Source: Polyangiales bacterium
GTDB taxonomy: Bacteria; Myxococcota_A; Polyangia; Polyangiales; Ga0077539
Assembly (NCBI GenBank): GCA_046351555.1
Contig: JAXLYI010000029.1
Coordinates: forward strand, 45,727-109,726
DNA: 64,000 bases
Direction of reading: 5' to 3'
Both the position numbers and the translations under genes were made by a program. Numbering within the stretch: the stretch's first letter is position 1; every line of letters starts with the position of its first letter. This document shows, in pieces, positions 38,947 through 48,616 of this stretch. Below the pieces are notes generated by a model. That model worked only from the letters and a program-made list of their open reading frames with translations. It was not told the origin of the DNA and did no database searches.

Positions 38947-41331
38947 CTACTCCACGCGCCCGTCGGCGTGGAGCGTCACGGCCACCGCGCCCATGAGGTC
39001 GGTGCGGCGCACGTCGATGCCGCGCGCCCGCAGCCGCGCGACGACCTCGGGGTGGGGATGGCCGAAGGGCGAAGGGTGCCCGCAGCTCACCAGCGCCACG
39101 TGCGGACGGAGCGCGTCGAGCCACGCGTCCGTCGTCGACGTTCTGCTGCCGTGGTGGCCCACCTTCAGCACGCTCACCGGGCGCATCGACGCGAGGAGCG
39201 CCGCCTCGCCGTCGCGCTCGAGGTCGCCCGGCAGCAGCACGCTCGCCCGCCCGTACGAGAGCCTGATGACGAACGACGCGTCGTTGGGCGGCGTGTCGTC
39301 GCGCGCCGACGGGCACGGCGACAGCACCTCCAGCATGACCCCGTGGAAGGGCCGCGGCGGCCCGCACAACGACGCCGGACCGCGCACCCGCGCGCCACCC
39401 CGACGCGCCGCCGCGAGCGCGTCCGCGTAGAAGCCGCCGGTGCCGAGCGCGGCGCCCTGGCCGGTGTCCCAGAGTTCCACGGTGTGGACGGTGCTGAGCA
39501 CCGCCGCGAGGCCGCCGCCGTGGTCGGGGTGCGGGTGCGAGAGGACCACCGCCGCGAGCTCCCCGCGCCGCCGGAGCGCGAGCCACGGCGCCACCACGCG
39601 CTCGCCCGGGTCGGGGCCGCCGGTGATCGCGCCGCCCGCATCGATGAGCATCGCCGTGCCGTCGGGGAGCTCGACCACCAGCGCGTCGCCCTGCCCGACG
39701 TCGAGCGCCGTCACCCGCAACACACCACGCGGGTGGAGGCCGCGCCGGTGGTGGAGCTCGATCGCGCCGAGCGTCGCCACGCACATCAGCGCCAGCATCA
39801 ACCGAGCCTTCGCGCGGCACCCGCACGCGGCGACGCCAAACGCGGTCGCCACCACCCACTCCGCGGGCGTCGGCGCGGGCAGTGCCACCGACGCGAGCGG
39901 CAACCGCGCGGCCGCCGACGGCAACGCGAACAGGGCCCCGAGCAGCGCCCCCACGACGCGCCCCGGGAGGCCCAACGCCCACGTCGGGAGCACGGCCCCC
40001 GCGAGCGCGGCGCCGAGCACCGCGGGGAGCAGAAGCGCCTCGCCCACCGGCGCGGCGACGGCGTTGAGCACCACGGCGGAGAGCGGCGCCCGGCCGAAGT
40101 GCCACGCGAGCGCGGGGGCCACGGCGAAGCCCACGCGCGCGCTGGCGGCGAGGGCGGCGGTGAGCTCGCCGCGGAGGTACGCGACGAGCCCCTCGGGCGG
40201 CGGCGCGGGGTCGGCCGAACCGCGCGCGAGGGCCCACGACGCTGCGACGGAGAGGACCCAGCCCACGTCGGTCACGAGCACGGGGTCGCACGCGCCCATC
40301 GCGAGCGCGACGCCGGCGACCACGGCCTCACCGCGCGCACGGCGCCCCGCGAGCGAGGCCACCGCGCCGACGAGGGCCGTGAGCAGCGCGCGGAGCGACG
40401 AGGGTGCCTCGCCCGTCACCAGGATGAAGAAGCCCACCAGCGGGAGCGGCAGCGTCGCGGCGAGGCGCGGGGCAAATCCCTCCACCGCGAGCCGAGGCCA
40501 CCGGAGCGCGAGGGCCCGCAGCGCGGCGCCCGCGAGCCCGAGCAGGAGCGAGACGTGCGCGCCCGACACCGCGAGCAGGTGCGCCATGCCCGTCTCGCGG
40601 AAGGCCTCGTGCTCGTCGGGGCGCAGGCCCGATCGGTCGCCGAACAGGAGCGCCCGGGCGCGGGCGGCGTGCTCGGGCGCGAGGGCCCGCGCGAGCGAAC
40701 GTTCGGTGCGCTGACGGACGCGGAGTGCGGCCGTTCGAAGCGCGTCGAGGGGCGTCGCGCGGCGGCCGGTGACCACGCACGCGGCGGCGTCGGCGGTCCA
40801 ACGGACGCCGCGGAGCGCGCGGGTGTGCTCGGGCGGGTCGCGCGGCGGGTTGCGCACCGGGACGAGCGGGCGGACGGTCATCGCGGCCTCGATGAGGTCG
40901 CCGGGCGTCGCGGCGCAGCGGCCCGGCGGCAGGCGGACGTCGACAATGCCCCACGCGGGCATCTCGACGAGGCAGCGGTCGTGCTCGCCGTCGCTCGCGC
41001 AGCCCTGCACGACGCGCCCCGCGAGGAGCTCGGCGTCGGCCGTCGGCACGCGCGTCCAGGCCGGGAGCATGAGCGAAGCGCGTCGCGAAGACCCCGCGAG
41101 GAGCGCCGCCGCGAGCAGGAGCGCGGCCCCGAGCGCGCCGCGGCGACGACGCGCGGCGAGCGAGCCTCCGAGCGCGAGGATGATGGCGAGCGGCGCGGCG
41201 ACACGCGCGTCGGGCGACCACGGGAGCGCGAGCCCGAGCAGGAAGCCGAGCGCGACGAGGGGGAGCGGACCATTCATGGCTAGCGAGACGAGCGCATTCC
41301 ACGCGGCGTGCCGCACGGGAAAACAAGGCAA
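38947..41331 (-). CDS. comEC: DNA internalization-related competence protein ComEC/Rec2 (DUF4131 + competence + metallo-beta-lactamase domains)
   Basis: 794 aa; polytopic membrane region with HLLAVSGAHVSLL motif; C-terminal MBL domain (ALDVGQGDA, LSHPHPDHGGG, VGHHGS). Possible start at internal M (41277). Confidence 0.85.
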   Translation of the reverse strand: MPCFPVRHAAWNALVSLAMNGPLPLVALGFLLGLALPWSPDARVAAPLAIILALGGSLAARRRRGALGAALLLAAALLAGSSRRASLMLPAWTRVPTADAELLAGRVVQGCASDGEHDRCLVEMPAWGIVDVRLPPGRCAATPGDLIEAAMTVRPLVPVRNPPRDPPEHTRALRGVRWTADAAACVVTGRRATPLDALRTAALRVRQRTERSLARALAPEHAARARALLFGDRSGLRPDEHEAFRETGMAHLLAVSGAHVSLLLGLAGAALRALALRWPRLAVEGFAPRLAATLPLPLVGFFILVTGEAPSSLRALLTALVGAVASLAGRRARGEAVVAGVALAMGACDPVLVTDVGWVLSVAASWALARGSADPAPPPEGLVAYLRGELTAALAASARVGFAVAPALAWHFGRAPLSAVVLNAVAAPVGEALLLPAVLGAALAGAVLPTWALGLPGRVVGALLGALFALPSAAARLPLASVALPAPTPAEWVVATAFGVAACGCRAKARLMLALMCVATLGAIELHHRRGLHPRGVLRVTALDVGQGDALVVELPDGTAMLIDAGGAITGGPDPGERVVAPWLALRRRGELAAVVLSHPHPDHGGGLAAVLSTVHTVELWDTGQGAALGTGGFYADALAAARRGGARVRGPASLCGPPRPFHGVMLEVLSPCPSARDDTPPNDASFVIRLSYGRASVLLPGDLERDGEAALLASMRPVSVLKVGHHGSRTSTTDAWLDALRPHVALVSCGHPSPFGHPHPEVVARLRARGIDVRRTDLMGAVAVTLHADGRVE

Positions 41332-41471
41332 TGCGGGGTGGCGGAGGGGTGGCGATGGGTGGCGGCCGCCAGTGGCGGGGGGGTGGCGGGGCGATTCGTC
41401 GCCAGAGAATGTCCACCGTGCCGCGGCGCACGCTTGCGGCGAGTGCGCCCCGCGGCTACGGGTGCTCCCCC

Positions 41472-42413
41472 ATGCCCGGCGCCGCGCACGAAACCCTGGT
41501 GGGGGTGATCCGCTCGAACCCCGCGTGCTTCGAAGCGCTGTTGGAGGCGCTCGACCACACGCCCTCGCCGCCCGGGTTGACGGTAGCGGACAGCGCGGTG
41601 CGGGTGGCCGACCCGGTGGAGGTGCACCCCGACATTCTCTTCGCGCGGGGGAAGAAGCGCGGCCCGTGGCGGGTGGTCGAGCTCCAACGCGACGACGACG
41701 CGGGCAAGCAGCGTCGCTGGCTCCTCACGGCGGCGGCGCTCTTCGATCAGCGCGGGGAGATGGGCGACGTGTTCGTCGTCACCCACACGCGGGCCACGGC
41801 GCGGTGGGCCGCCGCCGTCGCCTCCGTCGTTGGGCCGCAGGGGACGCGGCTCTCCCTGGAGCCCGTGGTGATCCTGCTGACGCGCGACGTCGCCCGGCGG
41901 CTGCTGGCGACGGGGCGGCCCGAGCTCGCGGTGTTCGCGACGTGGGCGGTGCACCACCAGAAGGGCCCGCAAGCCGTCAAGGTGGTCGAGCGCGCGCTCC
42001 TCACGGTGAACCGGGCGAGGGCGGGGGCGTTGCGCGACGCCGCGATCCGCGCGATCTTCAACATGCTCGACGGCAGGCTCCGAGAGGCGGCGCGCAAGAT
42101 GACCATGGACTTCAGCAAGATCCCCGAGGGCCCCGTCCACAAGTACCTCCGCCAGATCTTCACCAGGATCGGTGTGAAGCAGGGCGAGGAGCGCGGCGAG
42201 AAGCGCGGCAAGAAGCTCGGCGAGGCGGAGGCGCTCCTGCGCGTGCTCGCGGCGCGTGGGTTCACCGTGAGCGCCGCCACCCGCAAGCGCGTCCTGGCGT
42301 GCGGCGACAAGCGCACGCTCGACCGCTGGATCGACCGCGCCGTCACCGCCACCACGCTCGAGGCGGTGTTCGGCACGACCGCGCGTGCGAAGCGCAAGAC
42401 CACCGCGGGGTAG
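41472..42413 (+). CDS. Rpn/YhgA-like PD-(D/E)XK nuclease family protein with C-terminal DUF4351
   Basis: 314 aa from MPGAAHETL (ORF 41331..42413); C-terminal EALLRVLAARGFTVSAATRKRVLACGDKRTLDRWIDRAVTATTLEAVF is the typical DUF4351 tail; N-terminal region with D...E-L-Q core. Confidence 0.55.
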   Translation: MPGAAHETLVGVIRSNPACFEALLEALDHTPSPPGLTVADSAVRVADPVEVHPDILFARGKKRGPWRVVELQRDDDAGKQRRWLLTAAALFDQRGEMGDVFVVTHTRATARWAAAVASVVGPQGTRLSLEPVVILLTRDVARRLLATGRPELAVFATWAVHHQKGPQAVKVVERALLTVNRARAGALRDAAIRAIFNMLDGRLREAARKMTMDFSKIPEGPVHKYLRQIFTRIGVKQGEERGEKRGKKLGEAEALLRVLAARGFTVSAATRKRVLACGDKRTLDRWIDRAVTATTLEAVFGTTARAKRKTTAG

Positions 42414-42583
42414 CGTCGGGCTCCGTCGTGGCGGGGCCCACCCCCTCCCGCTCTCCAACACGCGTAAGGTACACGCCGACGCGACGCGCCCAGGCGAGCC
42501 TGTCGCGCCAGTCTGGGCGCGGAGCTGAGGCGACCGCCGCCCGCCGCACTCCCCGCCGCGCTCCCCGCCGCCCGTGGCGATGC

Positions 42584-44425
42584 TCAGCGCGGCGCGTCGG
42601 GGACGATCTGGCGTAGCTGCCAGGCGAACACATGGAGCCGCTGCGAGGCGTCGGCGAAGGCGTCGCGGATGCGCCAGAAGAGGCGCGTCGAGGTGACGAG
42701 GGTGGCGACGTGGATCGCCAGGATGCCGAGGAAGGTGAGCGTCGGCGGGAGGTCGGTCATGCGGGGGACGAGCACCACGGTGTTGTCGCGGAACAGCAGC
42801 GACGGCGCGACGAGGCCCGACACATCAGCCAGTGCAGGCGCGATCATCCCGGCGGCGGCGAGGAGCAGAAACACCGGGCGCCGCGCGCGGTCGGGCATCA
42901 TCGCGAAGGGCGCGGCGCAGGCCACCACCGCGGCGGGCACGAGCATGAAGGGCCCGAAGAGCCGCGACGACGACGCGATGCCCAGGATGGTGAGCGCCAT
43001 CAGCGCGTACTGCCCGGCGCCGCCGAAGCGCCCGCCGCGCGAGAACCGCCAGCTCAGCGCGCCCGCCCCCGCGATGAAGACCGCCGCCGCGACCAGCGGA
43101 CGCGCGTCGCGCAGCCCGAGGACGAGCGCCGCGGGCACGAAGGCCAGCCACGTCACATACGCGCGGATGCCGCCGCGCGCGCCGTCGCGGAGCTGCGCCT
43201 CCTCCTCGGCGGCGAGGCGGGCGCGCACCTCAGGGGGCAGCTCCTTCGGCGGCGCGAGGAGGAGCCGGACGAAGGTGCGGAGCGCGTCGACGTTGTCGGC
43301 GTCGAGCGCGAGGGCGCGGCCCACGTCGCGCAGGGCCTCGGCGCGGCGCGGCTCGTCGCCCGCGAGCACGCGCTCGGTGGCCTCGGCGGCGCGGCCTGCG
43401 AGGTCGCCGGCGAGCGCGCGGCGGCGCTCGACGTCGCGGTCGCCGTCGAGGTAGCGCTCGAGGGCCTCGCGCATCGCCTGGGCGCTGGTGGTCCGTTGCG
43501 TCCGGTCGCGCGCGGTGGCCCCGCGGCAGAGGGCGTCGAGCTCGGGCGGGACGTCGACCGCGGGCGGCGGCGGCGGGGCCGAGAGCGTCGCGGCCATCAG
43601 CGCCTCCACCGTCGCGCCCTCGTGCAGCGGGCGGAGCGTGAGCACCTCGTACAAGATGGCCCCGAGCGCGTAGACGTCCGCGCGGCCGTCGAGGTCGGCG
43701 ACGGCCAGCAGTTGCTCGGGCGCCATGTAGCCGGGCGTGCCGAGGATCGCGCCCTGGGCGGTCTTGCGGTCGGGTGAGACGGGCGCGTGGACGCGGCTTT
43801 CGGGAGCGGCGTCGGGCGCGGGGTCGTCGGCGAGGCGGGCGATGCCCCAGTCGAGCACGTACACCTCGCCGAAGTCGCCGAGCATGACGTTGCCGGGCTT
43901 GAGGTCGCGGTGGACGACGCCGCGCGCGTGGGCGTACGCGACGGCGCCGCAGACGGTGCTGAGGTCGGCGAGGAGCCTGCGGCGCGACCAGCGCTTGCGG
44001 GCCTCGGCGTCGCCCGCGCGCAGGGCCTCGAGCACCGACTCCAGCGTGTGGCCGCGGACGCGCTTCATCGTGAAGTACGTGGCCCCGTCGGCGTTGAAGC
44101 CGATGTCGTACACCGGCACGATGCACGGGTGCTCGAGCTGCCCCTGCACCCGCGCCTCGCGGAGGAAGCGCTCGCGCAGCCCGACGTCGCCGTGGTGCGC
44201 GGGGCGGACCACCTTCATCGCGATCTCGCGGCCGACGCGCCGGTCGCGGCACGCGCGCACCTCGCCCATGCCGCCCTCGCCGAGCAGGTCGCCGACGCGG
44301 TAGCGCGTGGCGTGGCCCGCGTCGTCGAGCGTGGTCGCGTGGACGTCGACCCGCCCCGAGGCCGGCGCGGGCGAGGCGTGGGGGGCGTTCTGCTGGAGCG
44401 TCGGGGCGTCGTCGCGCACGGTCAT
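42584..44425 (-). CDS. Ser/Thr protein kinase with C-terminal multi-TM domain
   Basis: From M11 of ORF 42584..44455; GEGGMGEV, AMK, HRDLKPGN, DFG (DWG variant), APE; C-terminal 200 aa contains 4-5 hydrophobic helices. Confidence 0.85.
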   Translation of the reverse strand: MTVRDDAPTLQQNAPHASPAPASGRVDVHATTLDDAGHATRYRVGDLLGEGGMGEVRACRDRRVGREIAMKVVRPAHHGDVGLRERFLREARVQGQLEHPCIVPVYDIGFNADGATYFTMKRVRGHTLESVLEALRAGDAEARKRWSRRRLLADLSTVCGAVAYAHARGVVHRDLKPGNVMLGDFGEVYVLDWGIARLADDPAPDAAPESRVHAPVSPDRKTAQGAILGTPGYMAPEQLLAVADLDGRADVYALGAILYEVLTLRPLHEGATVEALMAATLSAPPPPPAVDVPPELDALCRGATARDRTQRTTSAQAMREALERYLDGDRDVERRRALAGDLAGRAAEATERVLAGDEPRRAEALRDVGRALALDADNVDALRTFVRLLLAPPKELPPEVRARLAAEEEAQLRDGARGGIRAYVTWLAFVPAALVLGLRDARPLVAAAVFIAGAGALSWRFSRGGRFGGAGQYALMALTILGIASSSRLFGPFMLVPAAVVACAAPFAMMPDRARRPVFLLLAAAGMIAPALADVSGLVAPSLLFRDNTVVLVPRMTDLPPTLTFLGILAIHVATLVTSTRLFWRIRDAFADASQRLHVFAWQLRQIVPDAPR

Positions 44426-44514
44426 GGCGGGGCGAGCATAGGCCGCGTCGGGCACCGGGTGCGCCGCGGAGCGTGTGTTCAGTGGCGCGGCGCGCGGTGG
44501 TAGCCTCCGCGGCG

Positions 44515-45453
44515 ATGGCCAGACGACGCGTGGTGGTCGCCCTCGGCGGCAACGCCTTCGCCGACGAGGATCGCGGGCTGACGATGGCGGGGCAGTTCCG
44601 CTTCGCGCACCGGGCGATGGCGTCGCTCGGGCCGCTGCTCGACGACGACGTCGCGCTCGCGCTGGTGCACGGCAACGGGCCGCAGGTGGGGCACATGCTC
44701 GTCCGCGTGGAGGAGTCGCTCGGCAAGGCGTACGCGCTCCCGCTGGAGGTGTGCGTGGCCGAGTCCGAGGGCGAGCTCGGGTACGTGCTGGCCCAGTCGC
44801 TCCGCAACGTGCTCGCCGACCGCGGATCGCGCCGCCCGGTGGCGTCGGTGCTCACGCAGGTGGTGGTCGACGCCGACGATCCGGGCTTCGCGCGCCCCAC
44901 CAAGCCCATCGGGCCCTGGTACGACGCCGCGCAGGGCGAGGCGCTGCGCGCGCGGGGCTTCGCGCTCGTCGAAGACGCGGGCCGCGGGCTGCGACGCGTG
45001 GTCCCCTCGCCCGAGCCGCGCGCGGTGGTCGAGGCGCCCGTGGTGACGCTCCTGCTCGACGCGGGCGCGGTGGCGGTGTGCGCGGGCGGCGGCGGCGTCC
45101 CCGTGCTCGAGCGCGACGGTCGCCTGCACGGCGTCGACGCGGTGGTCGACAAGGACTTCACGGCCTCGCTCCTCGCCGCGGAGATCGGCGCCGAGCAGCT
45201 CGTGGTGCTCACCGCCGTCCCCTGCGCCTACCTCGACTACCGCGGGCCGAACGAGCGCCCGCTCCGCCGCGTCACGCCCGCGGAGGTGAGGCGCCTCGCG
45301 GCCGCGGGGCACTTCCCGCCCGGGAGCATGGGCCCCAAGGTGGAGGCCTGCGCCCGCTTCGCCGAACGGACCGGGCGCCGCGCGATCATCACGTCACCCC
45401 CGCGCCTCGCCGCCGCCCTCGCCGGCGACGACGGGACCGCGGTCACCCCCTGA
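44515..45453 (+). CDS. arcC: Carbamate kinase
   Basis: 312 aa; VVALGGNA N-terminal motif, HGNGPQVG, amino-acid kinase fold; M15 of ORF 44473..45453. Confidence 0.85.
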   Translation: MARRRVVVALGGNAFADEDRGLTMAGQFRFAHRAMASLGPLLDDDVALALVHGNGPQVGHMLVRVEESLGKAYALPLEVCVAESEGELGYVLAQSLRNVLADRGSRRPVASVLTQVVVDADDPGFARPTKPIGPWYDAAQGEALRARGFALVEDAGRGLRRVVPSPEPRAVVEAPVVTLLLDAGAVAVCAGGGGVPVLERDGRLHGVDAVVDKDFTASLLAAEIGAEQLVVLTAVPCAYLDYRGPNERPLRRVTPAEVRRLAAAGHFPPGSMGPKVEACARFAERTGRRAIITSPPRLAAALAGDDGTAVTP

Positions 45454-45468
45454 GGCCAAGGACTCCCG

Positions 45469-46779
45469 ATGAGGTCACCCCTTCGCTGCATGGTGCTCGG
45501 CGCGGCCGGGCGCGATTTCCACGACGCGCAGCGCCTCGCCCGCGGTGACGCGCGCTTCCACCTGGTCGCCTTCACCGCGGCGCAGATCCCGGGCATCGAC
45601 ACGCGGAGCTTCCCCGGCGAGCTCGTGGGCTACCCCGAGGACGTGCCCGTCTTCCCCGAGTCGCGGCTGGAAGCGCTCGTGCGCGAGCTCGACGTCGACC
45701 TCGTTCTCCTCTCGTACAGCGACCTCGCCCACGAGGACGTGATGCACCTCGCGTCGCGGGTGCACGCGGCGGGGGCGTCGTTCATGCTGCTCGGGCCGCG
45801 CGACACCGAGCTCGCGAGCGAGCGCCCGGTGGTGGCGGTGACGGCCGTGCGGACGGGCGTGGGCAAGAGCCCGCTCACCCAACGCATCGCCGCGCACCTG
45901 CGAGAGAAGGGCGTCCGCGCGTCGGTGCTCCGCCACCCGATGCCCTACGGCGACCTGCGACGTCAGCGCGTGCAGCGCCTCGCGACGCCGGCCGACCTCG
46001 ACGCGGCCCGCTGCACCATCGAGGAGCGCGAGGAGTACACGCCCTACGTCGACCGCGGGATGGTGGTGTGGGCGGGCGTCGACTACGAGGCGATCCTGCG
46101 CGCGGCGGAGGCCGAGTGCGACGTGGTGCTGTGGGACGGCGGCAACAACGACCAGCCCTTCGTGCGCCCGACGCTCCACCTCACGCTGGTCGACCCGCTG
46201 CGGCCGGGCCACGAGGTGCGGTACTACCCCGGCGAGGCCAACCTCCGCCGCGCGCACGTCGTCGTCGCCACCAAGGTCCGCTCGGCGCGCCCCGACGACC
46301 TCGCCGCCGTGCGCGAGCGCGTCCGCGCGGTGAACCCCGGCGCCGACTGGGTCGAGGCCGACCTCGCCGTGGAGGTGAGCGAGCCCGAGCGCCTCCGCGG
46401 CCGGCGCGTCCTCGTCGTGGAGGACGGGCCCACCACCACGCATGGCGGCATGACCTTCGGCGCCGCCACCGTGGCCGCGAAGCGCTACGGCGCCGTCCCG
46501 ATCGACCCGCGCCCCTTCGCCGTCGGGAGCATCGCAGCAGCGCTCGACGCGCACCCAAAGCTCGTGGGCGTGCTCCCGGCGCTCGGCTACTCCGACGCGC
46601 AGCGGGCCGACCTCGCGGCCACCGTCGCGGCCTCGGGCGCCGAGCTCGTCCTCGACGGAAGCCCCGCGCGGCTCGACCGCGTGATCGACGTCTCCGTCCC
46701 GGTGGTCCGCGTAGACTACCGCTTCGAACAGCTCGCGGGCCCTGACATCCTGGCCCGCGTGGAAGAGGTGATCCGGTGA
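45469..46779 (+). CDS. P-loop NTPase of unknown function (COG2403 / cyclic-2,3-diphosphoglycerate-synthetase-like)
   Basis: 436 aa; Walker A VRTGVGKSP; domain order resembles archaeal cDPG synthetase-like predicted GTPases; sits between arcC and rocD with 15-nt and -4-nt junctions. Confidence 0.55.
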   Translation: MRSPLRCMVLGAAGRDFHDAQRLARGDARFHLVAFTAAQIPGIDTRSFPGELVGYPEDVPVFPESRLEALVRELDVDLVLLSYSDLAHEDVMHLASRVHAAGASFMLLGPRDTELASERPVVAVTAVRTGVGKSPLTQRIAAHLREKGVRASVLRHPMPYGDLRRQRVQRLATPADLDAARCTIEEREEYTPYVDRGMVVWAGVDYEAILRAAEAECDVVLWDGGNNDQPFVRPTLHLTLVDPLRPGHEVRYYPGEANLRRAHVVVATKVRSARPDDLAAVRERVRAVNPGADWVEADLAVEVSEPERLRGRRVLVVEDGPTTTHGGMTFGAATVAAKRYGAVPIDPRPFAVGSIAAALDAHPKLVGVLPALGYSDAQRADLAATVAASGAELVLDGSPARLDRVIDVSVPVVRVDYRFEQLAGPDILARVEEVIR

Positions 46780-47999
46780 AGCTCTCGCCCGCGACGCAGT
46801 CCCACATCGCCTCGGCCGAGGCGCACGGCGCCAGGAACTACGCCCCGCTCCCCGTCGTCCTCACGCGCGGCGAAGGGTGCTTCGTCTGGGACGTCGACGG
46901 CCGGCGCTACTTCGACTTCCTGAGCGCGTACTCGGCGCTCAACCAGGGGCACAACCACCCGGCGATCGTCGCGGCCCTGGTCGAACAGGCGGGCCGCCTC
47001 GCGCTCACCTCGCGCGCCTTCCACCACGACAAGATGGGCGCGATGCTCACGCGCATCGCCGCGGCGACGGGCTTCGACCGCGTCCTCCCGATGAACTCCG
47101 GCGCCGAGGCCGTCGAGACCGCCATCAAATGCATCCGCCGCTGGGGCCACGAGCGCAAGGGCGTGCCCGACGGCGAAGGGCGCGTGGTGGTGGCCGAAGG
47201 CAACTTCCACGGCCGAACCACCACGATGGTGAGCCTGTCCACCGACCCGTCGAGCTACGGGGGCTACGGGCCGCTCACGCCGGGCTTCGTGAAGGTCCCC
47301 TTCGGCGACGCCGACGCGCTCGCCCGCGCGCTGGATGATCGCACCGTGGGCGTTCTCCTCGAGCCCATCCAGGGCGAGGCGGGCGTGCGCATCCCGCCGG
47401 CGGGCTACCTCCGCGCGGTGCGGGAGGCGTGCACGGGCGCGAAGGTGGCGCTGTGCTTCGACGAGATCCAGACGGGCCTCGGGCGCACGGGGGCGATGTT
47501 CGCGTGGCAGCACGAGGGCGCGCGGCCCGACGCGGTGACGCTCGGCAAGGCGCTCTCGGGCGGGCTCTACCCGGTGTCGGCCTTCTGCGCCGAGCCGTGG
47601 CTGATGGAGGTCTTCACGCCCGGCACGCACGGCTCGACGTACGGTGCCAACCCCCTCGCGGCGGCGGTGGCCGTGGCGGCGCTCGACGTGATCGAGCGCG
47701 AGGGCCTCGCGGCGCGTGCGAAGTCCCTCGGCGAGCGCGCGATGGCGCGGCTGCGCGCGGAGGTGACGGGCCCCGGGCTCCGCGAGGTGCGGGGCCGGGG
47801 GCTGTTGATCGCGGTGGAGTTCGCGTCGGCGGTGGCGCACGACGCCTGCGAGGCGCTGGCGGAGGTGGGGGTGCTGGCGAAGGACACGCACGGGGTCACC
47901 GTGCGCCTCGCGCCGCCGCTGGTGATCACGGAGCCGCAGCTCGACGAGGCGCTCGACCTCGCCGTGCCCGTTCTCGCGCGGTACGCCCGCGGCGGGTGA
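46776..47999 (+). CDS. rocD: Ornithine aminotransferase (class III PLP aminotransferase)
   Basis: 407 aa; GTGA overlap with upstream gene; PLP-lysine region DEIQTGLGRTG...; overall OAT-like motifs (GNFHGRT, LLEPIQGEAG). Confidence 0.85.
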   Translation: MKLSPATQSHIASAEAHGARNYAPLPVVLTRGEGCFVWDVDGRRYFDFLSAYSALNQGHNHPAIVAALVEQAGRLALTSRAFHHDKMGAMLTRIAAATGFDRVLPMNSGAEAVETAIKCIRRWGHERKGVPDGEGRVVVAEGNFHGRTTTMVSLSTDPSSYGGYGPLTPGFVKVPFGDADALARALDDRTVGVLLEPIQGEAGVRIPPAGYLRAVREACTGAKVALCFDEIQTGLGRTGAMFAWQHEGARPDAVTLGKALSGGLYPVSAFCAEPWLMEVFTPGTHGSTYGANPLAAAVAVAALDVIEREGLAARAKSLGERAMARLRAEVTGPGLREVRGRGLLIAVEFASAVAHDACEALAEVGVLAKDTHGVTVRLAPPLVITEPQLDEALDLAVPVLARYARGG

Positions 48000-48004
48000 C
48001 CACG

Positions 48005-48240
48005 CGCCCAGGGTTCGCCCGAGGTGCCCTCGCTAAGTGGCTTGGGCTCACCCTGGGCTTCGAGCATGGGATCATCCGCCCGGTGGCGGATTCCGGGAGC
48101 AGGCGCGAGTTGCGTGCGTTGTCCGTCGCTTACGCTGGCCCGTTGGGAGCCCGGTACCGACCGGGCGATCCCATGCTCGAAGCCCAGGGTGAGCCTTCGC
48201 AACTATGTGGGAGCAGGTCGGGCGAACCCTGGGCGACAGG
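48005..48240. repeat. Highly structured nested inverted-repeat element (possible MITE/REP-like element or structured sRNA)
   Basis: Perfect 29-bp inverted repeat GGCTCACCCTGGGCTTCGAGCATGGGATC (about 48045..48073) vs GATCCCATGCTCGAAGCCCAGGGTGAGCC (about 48167..48195); outer 12-bp IR CAGGGTTCGCCC / GGGCGAACCCTG (about 48010..48021 / 48220..48231); inner hairpin CCCGGTACCGACCGGG (about 48149..48164). Explains mirror ORFs with identical LTLGFEHGI peptides on both strands. Confidence 0.7.
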
Positions 48241-48307
48241 GCGTACGACGAGAAATCCCGGTCGAATCGCGCCTGCGAACGCACCTCGGGCGAGGTGCGG
48301 GTGACGG

Positions 48308-48616
48308 TCACTCCTTCTCGTCCTCGTCGTCGTCGGCCGAGCCGTTGAGGGCCACGGCCATCTCGGTGGAGGCCTTGAAGGCCACCTTCTTGCGCTCGGG
48401 GATGTCCATCTCGACGCCGGTGAGGGGGTTCTTGAGGCGGCGCGCCTTGGTGGTCTTGATGCGGAAGGTGCCCACCCCCTCGACCGGCACCTTCCCGTCC
48501 CCTTCCTTCAGCGCGCGCGCGAGCGTCTGGAACACCCCGTCGAGCGCCCTCGCCGCCTGGTCGCGGGAGACGTTCATGGTCTGCATGGCGAGCTCTACGA
48601 GTTCCTTCTGTCGCAT
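48308..48616 (-). CDS. hup: HU/IHF-family DNA-binding protein with acidic C-terminal tail
   Basis: 102 aa MRQKELVELAMQTMNVSRDQAARALDGVFQTLARALKEGDGKVPVEGVGTFRIKTTKARRLKNPLTGVEMDIPERKKVAFKAS... (HU arm RNPxTG) + DDDEDEKE tail. Confidence 0.9.
   Translation of the reverse strand: MRQKELVELAMQTMNVSRDQAARALDGVFQTLARALKEGDGKVPVEGVGTFRIKTTKARRLKNPLTGVEMDIPERKKVAFKASTEMAVALNGSADDDEDEKE

Noticed and set aside
47429-48304. Mirror ORFs on both strands sharing the peptide LTLGFEHGI (47429..48304 + and 47567..48202 -)
   Set aside because: Explained by the 29-bp perfect inverted repeat. Identical peptides from both strands are a palindrome artefact, not genes.
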